Sequence record: OQ718158.1
Reading direction: 5' to 3' (one strand)
Length of the DNA: 64,000 bases
Part shown: positions 55,901 through 61,554 of the stretch, piece by piece
Numbering within the stretch: the stretch's first letter is position 1
Layout of the letters: every line of letters begins with the position of its first letter
The notes under the pieces: generated by a model
Database searches by the model: none
The model's input: the letters and a program-made list of their open reading frames with translations, nothing else
What the model was told of the DNA's origin: nothing
Translations under genes and position numbers: made by a program

Positions 55901-56970
55901 TCATACAATTGGAATTGTGGAAATACGTTCACAGAAGTTTTAGACTGTGCTTGAATCCAATGAGAACCGTCCCAATACATGGAACTGTTACCAAATTCAT
56001 TACCTTTGATAATAAGAACTACGTCACCATCTTGTGGTTCACCACTCGGACGGCTTTCAGATTCTTCGTCTGGGTCTAATGCTAGACCATACACACGTGT
56101 TCCATCTTGCATACGTTTAACATATACTTTATAAATTCGGTTGTTTTCACCATTGTTACCAATACTGGTGAAAAGAATACGCATACCATCTTGTGGAATA
56201 ATACCATCAATACGTATACCGCTGTTAATATCTTTTTGTACGATATCTTCAGGTTTAATAATATCAGAGAACAAATCAACTGTCCCACGGAATTTAGTAC
56301 CGTAGTTCATTAGTTCGATATTTTTATTGTATTCGATAATTGGTGCACGAGCACGAACAAAACGGGAATCTTGCATTAGTTCTTCAGTTAGGATAGTACC
56401 ATCTTCTAAAGTTTCACCTAATGTGTACCAGAAGTTTTGTAGTGACCAAGTGTTACCATTTTCTGCACCACGTTCCATTACAATATAATCTGGAGTTGTG
56501 ATATTATAGCTATTCTTGGAATCCCATAGGTATGAACTGTAGTTGTTCATTTTATTTGGGTTAATTGGTGGGGTCCATGAATAGAACTTACCATTAAACA
56601 AACGGCTTTCATTTTCGGTTAGTGCACCGTAATGATTCATATAGCCAACTAGATCATCATAAAATTGAATTGAACGAATGCTGGAGTTATCATTTCTTGA
56701 GACATACGCAGTGGACAACTGATATAGTTGACGTGCGACTGTTGACTCGTGTAAGAAGATGTTCCCTGCTGCTGCCGGAGAACCCATGTCACCAATGTAG
56801 CCGTCAACTAATTCGTTTTCAGCCGGATTAAACCATTGTTGGATAACATCATCACTGACTTTCTGAATATCTTCTAAGCCTTGCATCCACTCAGGCAATC
56901 TTTTTATGAAAAGCTTCTTCTGTACTGCTTCAGCCATCTGTGTAGGTTGAAACTTAAAATTATTAGTCAT
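46999..56970 (-). CDS. giant (about 3323 aa) virion/baseplate protein, gp7-like position
   Basis: Single uninterrupted ORF following gp6; ATG 56970 after GGAG; late promoter upstream. Confidence 0.75.
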   Translation of the reverse strand: MTNNFKFQPTQMAEAVQKKLFIKRLPEWMQGLEDIQKVSDDVIQQWFNPAENELVDGYIGDMGSPAAAGNIFLHESTVARQLYQLSTAYVSRNDNSSIRSIQFYDDLVGYMNHYGALTENESRLFNGKFYSWTPPINPNKMNNYSSYLWDSKNSYNITTPDYIVMERGAENGNTWSLQNFWYTLGETLEDGTILTEELMQDSRFVRARAPIIEYNKNIELMNYGTKFRGTVDLFSDIIKPEDIVQKDINSGIRIDGIIPQDGMRILFTSIGNNGENNRIYKVYVKRMQDGTRVYGLALDPDEESESRPSGEPQDGDVVLIIKGNEFGNSSMYWDGSHWIQAQSKTSVNVFPQFQLYDRNGVKLNNTTTYPSSTFTGSSLFGFKINYNYATDSVYGYNIELGDYNYYTYENFLQSTRYTYEHLGVEVEIDGLYYYNVIGEGNTMNLETDWVRSTEYSKQYVKQTPQVERTVMFRVFSTVYDMESFKDPVEGMYAYVIEVDRTYQYYKAERETYLDWHVIVGDGVQSVKYNHTFELAQKVLDNSDDIIELVVDGVEIKEYTKTVVNNQVQSITIDSSVDLDEDSVVQIRTYSSTITPNKELGAYEVPINLQNNPYNSNIEYINQGDYTLHFQDIIQKNITSGSADDFNNYEERLAAGLVNNGVGTKIIQNEASMLPLMAHTANEDIDLFESIMFMQAEYFRFINKFNTQMLRLYEEDPSAFLGNSASNIVDAILTAINMGRDSTFPFYYDNVASTAGFIRAFVPPTPQFLGILQAYTPQKATFLTAGSKSSCYNISHTGIISKAYRVINGVDKMDDVVFELENRIFNSIDLTFKDIDYKPVLNSEDLFPTPYFTGTDYSAEEKKTLLLRGYINFTATNGISNSTHDYDANNWRTWNYTGSYYVVDGQRTEIPARGSWRAIYTDQYGTYRPATHPWEMMGFSQRPTWWNQEYEPTAVQVGEREGDVVYVYEALVMNENGDLVPSGLWDIDGTIGDSSTGTILSGERRGQYDKYKRFGVQPFKITKTGEKTSTGIDICEVEYIAPEVLGLVSGNLDHRAEPWSYGDMGDMEFTYMNTAMFAYDQMLLLYKAKPAQFANYYWDTRNDNLKPVYTDGSQFLYGETRKRLNFDSTTLVHGEKNTRTIGYQMFVSDYLMYQNKNITTKYGDVVRSSYVNVAHKIGGFTKADQLTFTAKSFGLISQENQTIGLVRSNNIRDEQMSAVKITWNGSAYQIDGYDLVGAKFKYKIPVKNGRKVTLKLEDRTVVHYNEWKSEGTLEYGKIFNTYQEVYTFICGYGEYLKEHGWIFEDVNDSGTQQDWTTIAKDFVIWSQNNLSTGEFISCTPSAANAKFGADFGSVQSVTQNSGGVWSLLDDENQGIRQYEIETSRIGNVFTVRTTTESQKRMALIRLSLSSYEHAVVFDDKTIFGDYIYQPTYGAIQELIKMYGYITGSWTGRLQAPGFIILEAGTLPSFEKLVTDFELYYNSETPVSDVQLQELSNHLIGYQTRDYLQRMISSDVSRVDFYKGFIHDKGTNQVMEKVLRVSKSYDTDEYKALQEWAFKIGTYGNINGKKNLQFKLINDQFKQQPQMVSFDVNATSNGTGNGIVYYGEQGVDSRWITRPNGKFSFPMRSGRSENIQLPDIGPVTLDEISYVTKDFSTAYNDRINYMNNSGEIPDSVWMFKDGNDLWNIFELVDTEVEMLSIVPIENTDVYAEQFCKVTLSDDIPLNDGDYYYFVDETNFMPDTLTIESQYYTAGNDPRVMVVPFDTSITIDFTDPDTRPRLYRYVSRFSTEEMRQEYIDRKYSFKAPQSTLFDRPTTYDERTNITALYLNVFDPINGVIPGAAMQNVTYTSPVDPAQYNSNGELIQAWGADKVGQVWWNTSTAFYLDYTRAIYDADGNVDVDATNEYKRYNWGRLLPHSTVDVLEWVCSPVEPYNWDKYCKDVANKNKNNTMYLPSGTALEDNYSTFLEYDSTTDTYVTKYYFWVRDTIYVPPLHSRTKSCTDIARIIKEPAQLNIPWFAPINESSFILSNMQFEVNDDTSILTVSYYMDNTEVIKHDQYQLCKEGDSYNFNPSIWTSMWNSMIGQETTESGTVIDLLYPLVPNGLGSNKTWFQDVIEARRNFVESANNYYRSQNITTNTVLMDEVFNVKTTEVNPNEVSYRVLTYNSELVIAPESDKFKENDAVLVSTSGVLPNPLSTSSVYFVHIDANGYIHLMNSPSSAGSVVTITLENRGEGQQKMIKQSDYVEALGTSLDMTQYWSLADWYDIGYDKNTAYTQESSLEDANTKNYQVGDIIRITDVDGIWTLYIKAQSRDSVYWKAIGRENSTVELNDMLYADYTVRDANGSLSNREINVRKALALLKNSFDLHQSEIVFDMVKYVHVEQSVVDWVFKTSYIYIVGLEQSLVQNYSNDNLINQIVEYFEEVKPYRTKIRSQIEQKTSDDDLIKGLCNDLDPNGYIFADGTWVKTEKDIWDYEYAQFNEVTQRWEQVGELPSDFVTPNRRFQEIDVIMHYDNTQCKPNDNLASVDVLEEVNKKYQSNAQDVVSNFELQRYKYTFPEYSDEDFDLLVAYQMQLYYPELNVTLGIAYGVNQWYADHADDLVATAEFTETLNRVYKESTQNEMFNDVNHYVQYNTLSNRLKLYTGADDEVIHDEVGCGFSGLTYDDNPSTRLPFGYASSTDYNFGYFEVSSELYKKYVSLIKENNTTATDDEVRIILEVEYGVYSYRHVDEDGNQRFYNDAIHVLSGMRGLYDKDATDHYEKAEEILSRMPIDIHAFTMMPRKYVYVNVNGVYESIPDDQSIDDFMEDKFITDGQLVQLAEINLDDLPLDRNNPMYSDYQHILDSITDAKYYDDMNAFDNLALESQTSELKWEVEGDEVDPYIIDISDINPSGRKIGQIRFTVDGYGFNSVSLVQLRDNSRYKTEGMVIINPYKTTEAIVSIPSYAKIENDISKSYSKYDEKYFYKIKSIVSDTEAEVIDNTLSDGDKVMIFTTDGEDYVRYQNNAWETILSVSKIKTDTTPTLYTVRNTANGTVELLDSTGVVLRYDNITKQQQNEPAIPLALNIVRIRTFSDPEFLVDGVKLYETNRNYAIDAMNYEVFYDTTLYGGSYNDGITPDDVDVWVVSNEIFEVDGVTIDNGYNLPITGAGVLSELVRTKMTDSVEINVFEYDVGIIQPVLNAEGVWEYAYPLVSDTYIGVVGGTVTNITAISEENTTYVSQPDSVSPYSVTNNVLSGAGASMNDIISLGFEKVEVRFANNLLCGVMYSAEHDFKENVTYSFNGLNLGKVNLLKRYSVNSYPIELSVYSDSLQISGTDIKNLLEVK

Positions 56971-57006
56971 TTTTGGACTCCATATAATTCGTTCATTCAT
57001 TTGATT

Positions 57007-57012
57007 TATTTA
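57007..57012 (-). promoter_or_regulatory. late promoter-like TAAATA
   Basis: AATAAATA-like motif (TATTTA on +) upstream of the giant gene. Confidence 0.55.
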
Positions 57013-57018
57013 TGATAT

Positions 57019-57044
57019 AAAAAAGACGTTCCGAAGAACGCCTT
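57019..57044 (-). terminator. rho-independent terminator with cUUCGg loop
   Basis: minus strand AAGGCGTTC-TTCG-GAACGTCTTTTTT. Confidence 0.88.
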
Positions 57045-57050
57045 AATGTG

Positions 57051-60000
57051 TTATGAACCAATGTTAATGTTACTCTTAGCCAAGGAATTGACTATCTGTA
57101 CGTTATCAACTGATGCAGTACTTAAGAAAATCTGGTCAGAACGTGAAGGGATTTCAAATAGTGAGCCAAATTTAGAGTTAGGGTTTTGAGCTACGATAAC
57201 AATAGTACTAATATGTCGTCCTAATTGGGAGTGAATGTATGTACACAAGTCTGTGTAATAGAAACTTTCACCAAAATCCCAGTTGTCAACATTAAAATAC
57301 TCGTTAGTTAGTGCTACGACATTTTGACGAATTTCATCATCACTCATTGTACTGTTAGGCAATTTGACGACTTTAAAATCTGCTTTATAATCTTCAGCAG
57401 CACTCGCACCAAATAATGGTAGATATTCTGCACTATGCCAAATAATACTGTCACTGATGACTATTTTTTGTTCAACTTCTTTAAAAATGTCTTTCAATTC
57501 AACAGATGTTGGCGGTTTAGGCATATTACCTTGTGTTCCATTCTTCAACCATACATCAACTTCAGTTTTGTATGAATTGGTTAATACATACATGTCAATC
57601 AAGTTTGTTCTACTTGGGTCAATGCGATTATCATCTGGTGCATAATGTTTCCAGTGGAAATCAATACCAGTTCTTGCATTCGTTTTTACGGTATATTGTG
57701 AAGTTACATCTTTATAACCATAATAATCTAACTTTTGGTTAACATCAGCATTAGTACCGATATTAACAATAGCACGATAAAACGCAAGTTCAGGAGTTGC
57801 AGCAGTTGTATCATCAGAATAGGTCAAGTTCTCAATTAATTGGTTTAAACGGTCATTATTATTACCAACAGTTTGTTCAATGAAGTAATATTTACCATCA
57901 TAGTTAAAGCCAACTATAAAGCCTGAACCTTTACTATAGATACCACTCAATGTTGTTGAGCGAATAGCATTGTTGCGAACAAATTCACTTCTCTTATACG
58001 CATTAGTTTCTGCAAGTGCCTGATCCATTGTATAAGCCCATGAAGAATCAAGAATAGTGAAAGTATCATTCGGTAATGACAGTACTGATATAGTGAAATC
58101 ATCGTTTTCTTGGAAAACCAATATACCACCATATTTAACTGAATCTTCACCAGTCCAATTTGGTACAATTTCTCTGAATTGATTAGGTTCTAGTGGGATT
58201 CCATTACTATCAACGTTTTCAGAGGTGATAACCACACGAGAACCATCAAGATACCCGTTTTCTTGTTGAATTGTGTCATAAATTTGGAAATCTATGTTAC
58301 TTGTCAACCCAGCATTACTATTGCTTGTGGTATTTGATGATAAAATTTCAATTTTGTCACTTTGAACACTACCAGTACTAATATCAGTTATCTTTTTAGA
58401 AGAAACGAAGTAAAAACGAACTTTATCACCACCAACGAACACATATTCAACGCCATTCGCATCAAATTCCCAGGTTTCAGCAGTATATTTGATGTTAATC
58501 ATAACAAGAACTTCATTTCCATTATAAGAAATAGTATCTTCATCAGTACTGATTTCTAATGGAATCCAAGAAGTTGTTTCTTTATCATGAATAATAACAA
58601 AATCTGTCTTTTTATCAAGCATTGCAGCGATTGCTTGCACTTCGACACTATTAAAACGTGTTCTGTATTGTAAAATGTACTCTTGTGCTTGCATATTTGA
58701 TGAAACTGAAGTACTTAGAACGTAATATCCATTATCAAGAACACTAACAATACTAGCCCACACAGTAGTTCCGGCATTTGAAAACTTAATCAACGTACCA
58801 ACTTGATAATTTCCGAATACGTTACCTGTTGCCCCCATAATACGACCATACGTATTAGTTGCGTAATTAGAATTGTATTCAGGTGTCCATTTTTGTTGAA
58901 TTTCAATACCAATTGTATTCGGTGGATATGCTTGATAACGTTGGATTACAGCATTCTCACCAATCAATGGCTGAATATTATCAATTACAATACTAGCATT
59001 TGTTTTGGTAGTTGGTAATTGTAAAGATTTATTAAATTGTGTGTTTTCTTGATACATTGAACCATCATCACTAAACACATCAGTGTTTTGATACTTACCA
59101 GTTGGATCATTAATATCAATGAATCGTGACTGTCCACTATATAAACGGTTAATTGCTTTAGATTTAAGAACTGTGTTACCCAAACTCAACGGAGCAATGT
59201 TATAGTCTTCACCGTTAACAAAACGGTTTTGAGTGTAATACATTTGTGGAGCACGAGCCTTAATTTGTTCAATTGTTTCTGCACTTTGTGCACGATCTGA
59301 TTCATATTGCAATGTGAAACGAATATCCAAAGTACTGGATTCATAGCTTGATTGTGTTTTGGTTCTATAGGTGTATTTTACACTTTTGTTCTGGATTTCA
59401 GACGTTTTAATGTTGTATGTTTCACCATTACTAACACGATACCATACACGATACGTCCCACGAGGAACAACACCACTACGAGAATCAGGATACTTAATAG
59501 TAATCTGGTCTTTATCACGAGTTGTGACAGCAAAGATTGTTTTTAGTTGACGGTTAACAGTATTGTATGCGATACTTTCCATAGATGGAACTTTGGTCCA
59601 TTTAGTACGTACAATACCATCTTCGTTGATTTCCTGAACCCAAACATCAGTTTCGTTGATATTATCTACGTTGATGTCTTGGATACGGTTTTCTTCACGA
59701 ATATTATATTGGTAATCTTGGTATGTCAATGTCCCTTGAACAAAATAAACGAAGAAACCAGTATTTGGTGAACTAAATCCGTTACCATCATTCTGATAAA
59801 CGATATATTTTTGCTCTTGTGGTTCAGGGTGACGCTCTTCAACACCAACTGCTGTAATATCAGGGTTGACAACTTCAAATGTCATCGATTCACCATTAAC
59901 TGTAGCTGTGAATGGAAGACTTGGTGCTGACATTGGAATTGTATTCATACGATATAGCTGACGAGAAACACCATTGATATCGATACGTTTAACCGGATTA

Positions 60001-60512
60001 CCAAACTGGTTAGTACTGACAAATGAACTGTTCATAACTAGAATGAAGTTCTCATACCAGTTTGTGTCCATTGGGTCATTCCAACGAATGATTTTATCCT
60101 TAAGTGATTCGTTAAAACTATTACGAACGTCTTGGTTGGTTTTTATTTCTGTTAATTTAGCAACTGCACGACCTGGATATGAACGGCGTGGAGAGTAAGA
60201 AATCATTTTTGCGAGTTTCAGTACTGATGCACGACGAGTAGCAGTATCTAGGAAGTTCTCACGAGTGTTTAAATCCATACGGAATGCTAAGTTCTGTCCT
60301 AGCATAGAAATGGTATCTAGAATAAAGATGAACTGGTCGTTTTCGATCCAGTCGTTGAAAGAATCTGGGTACGTAGCACGTAGATAGTCAATCATACTTT
60401 GACGGATTGTATCAAAGTCATAAGCTGTTAGATTGATCTTATAAAAGCTTTCATATACTTGAGTCCAATCTTCACCAGCGTATAAATTTGATTGCCTTTT
60501 TTGTTGTGACAT
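57051..60512 (-). CDS. gp6: baseplate wedge protein gp6-like (1153 aa)
   Basis: DFDTIRQSMIDYL...ENFLDTATRRASVLKLAKMISYSP; IKARAPQMYYTQNRFVNGEDY. Confidence 0.9.
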   Translation of the reverse strand: MSQQKRQSNLYAGEDWTQVYESFYKINLTAYDFDTIRQSMIDYLRATYPDSFNDWIENDQFIFILDTISMLGQNLAFRMDLNTRENFLDTATRRASVLKLAKMISYSPRRSYPGRAVAKLTEIKTNQDVRNSFNESLKDKIIRWNDPMDTNWYENFILVMNSSFVSTNQFGNPVKRIDINGVSRQLYRMNTIPMSAPSLPFTATVNGESMTFEVVNPDITAVGVEERHPEPQEQKYIVYQNDGNGFSSPNTGFFVYFVQGTLTYQDYQYNIREENRIQDINVDNINETDVWVQEINEDGIVRTKWTKVPSMESIAYNTVNRQLKTIFAVTTRDKDQITIKYPDSRSGVVPRGTYRVWYRVSNGETYNIKTSEIQNKSVKYTYRTKTQSSYESSTLDIRFTLQYESDRAQSAETIEQIKARAPQMYYTQNRFVNGEDYNIAPLSLGNTVLKSKAINRLYSGQSRFIDINDPTGKYQNTDVFSDDGSMYQENTQFNKSLQLPTTKTNASIVIDNIQPLIGENAVIQRYQAYPPNTIGIEIQQKWTPEYNSNYATNTYGRIMGATGNVFGNYQVGTLIKFSNAGTTVWASIVSVLDNGYYVLSTSVSSNMQAQEYILQYRTRFNSVEVQAIAAMLDKKTDFVIIHDKETTSWIPLEISTDEDTISYNGNEVLVMINIKYTAETWEFDANGVEYVFVGGDKVRFYFVSSKKITDISTGSVQSDKIEILSSNTTSNSNAGLTSNIDFQIYDTIQQENGYLDGSRVVITSENVDSNGIPLEPNQFREIVPNWTGEDSVKYGGILVFQENDDFTISVLSLPNDTFTILDSSWAYTMDQALAETNAYKRSEFVRNNAIRSTTLSGIYSKGSGFIVGFNYDGKYYFIEQTVGNNNDRLNQLIENLTYSDDTTAATPELAFYRAIVNIGTNADVNQKLDYYGYKDVTSQYTVKTNARTGIDFHWKHYAPDDNRIDPSRTNLIDMYVLTNSYKTEVDVWLKNGTQGNMPKPPTSVELKDIFKEVEQKIVISDSIIWHSAEYLPLFGASAAEDYKADFKVVKLPNSTMSDDEIRQNVVALTNEYFNVDNWDFGESFYYTDLCTYIHSQLGRHISTIVIVAQNPNSKFGSLFEIPSRSDQIFLSTASVDNVQIVNSLAKSNINIGS

Positions 60513-60570
60513 AATTTATTCCTTTAAATCAGTAAAGTACTAGTTCAGTACTGGGAATTATATATAGAAA

Positions 60571-60576
60571 TATTTA
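60571..60576 (-). promoter_or_regulatory. late promoter-like TAAATA
   Basis: GATAAATATTTC on minus, upstream of gp6. Confidence 0.6.
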
Positions 60577-60580
60577 TCCA

Positions 60581-60609
60581 AAAAGAAAAGCACCCCGAAG
60601 AGTGCTTTT
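60581..60609 (-). terminator. rho-independent terminator with cUUCGg loop
   Basis: minus strand AAAAGCACTC-TTCG-GGGTGCTTTTCTTTT. Confidence 0.85.
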
Positions 60610-60614
60610 ATAAT

Positions 60615-61010
60615 TTACAAAGATGATACAGAATAGGTAGCCATTCTGTTGTTACTTCTTGCATCAAAAACTATAGTTAATTCTTCAAGAGTATTGAGAA
60701 CAACATATTCAAGTACTATATCCATCTGATAACCGTACTCAATTCTTGATATTTGAAGTTTCTTTAAGCTTAAACGTGGGTCCAAGCTAATAATTCTACG
60801 GGCATCTGCTTCCAAAAGGTTGATTGTATTATAACCATCCAATTCAAATAGCAAATCCCACGCAATGAACCCATAATCAGCATCAAATGCACGTTCACCT
60901 TTTTTTGTATTGAAATGATTCATTAAATCCTGACGAACCAATTCACTGTCATACAATGTTTCAGTTCTTCCAACTACTGGAGTTGAAAAACCTTTAAAAA
61001 CAATTGCCAT
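60615..61010 (-). CDS. gp25: baseplate wedge / sheath initiator gp25-like
   Basis: LVRQDLMNHFNTKKGERAFDADYG...DLLFE...RIISLDPRL. Confidence 0.9.
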   Translation of the reverse strand: MAIVFKGFSTPVVGRTETLYDSELVRQDLMNHFNTKKGERAFDADYGFIAWDLLFELDGYNTINLLEADARRIISLDPRLSLKKLQISRIEYGYQMDIVLEYVVLNTLEELTIVFDARSNNRMATYSVSSL

Positions 61011-61025
61011 TATGTATTTCCTTTA

Positions 61026-61514
61026 TTATACGGATTCGACGATGCGAGCCATCTTCTCCGCTCTGGATGTGGTTTGTTTGTACCACGAACTATCACGCAT
61101 TTCTTTACCAGCAGTTTTATAATCACCACGACCGAGAGCAGCCATCGCTTTTTTGAAATTTAAAACTTTTGATTTACCCATTTGGAACACCATAAACCAC
61201 AATACACGCTGAACCTGTACTGGAGCAGTCATTCCAAATTGATCATAGATTGATTTTGCGTCATTGTAAGCGGTCTGAGCATCTTTTATAAGGAGAGCAT
61301 CAGCTTCTGCTTCAGTGAGTCCATTTTTGAAACTTTCACCCTTAAGTACAAGGTGACCGTAACCAATGGTATCAAGACCTAGACTGTCTTTATATACCCA
61401 AAACTTATCATTTTTAAAATAACCAAGTTTTTTCTGATACGCAATAGTACCTTCAAATTCTTTAATTTCTTTAAAAAATTGTTCGTCGGTATTTTTGATT
61501 TCCCATTTACTCAT
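61026..61514 (-). CDS. stand-alone T4-type (GH24) lysozyme, possible endolysin
   Basis: EFEG...YKDSLGLDTIGYGHL (E/D/T triad), FQMG, SSWYKQTTSRAEK. Confidence 0.88.
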   Translation of the reverse strand: MSKWEIKNTDEQFFKEIKEFEGTIAYQKKLGYFKNDKFWVYKDSLGLDTIGYGHLVLKGESFKNGLTEAEADALLIKDAQTAYNDAKSIYDQFGMTAPVQVQRVLWFMVFQMGKSKVLNFKKAMAALGRGDYKTAGKEMRDSSWYKQTTSRAEKMARIVESV

Positions 61515-61548
61515 AAAGATTTCCTCATTATTATTTATAGTACTGAAA

Positions 61549-61554
61549 TATTTA
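61549..61554 (-). promoter_or_regulatory. late promoter-like TAAATA
   Basis: CAATAAATATTTC at the gp5 stop; second copy at 61532-61537. Confidence 0.55.
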
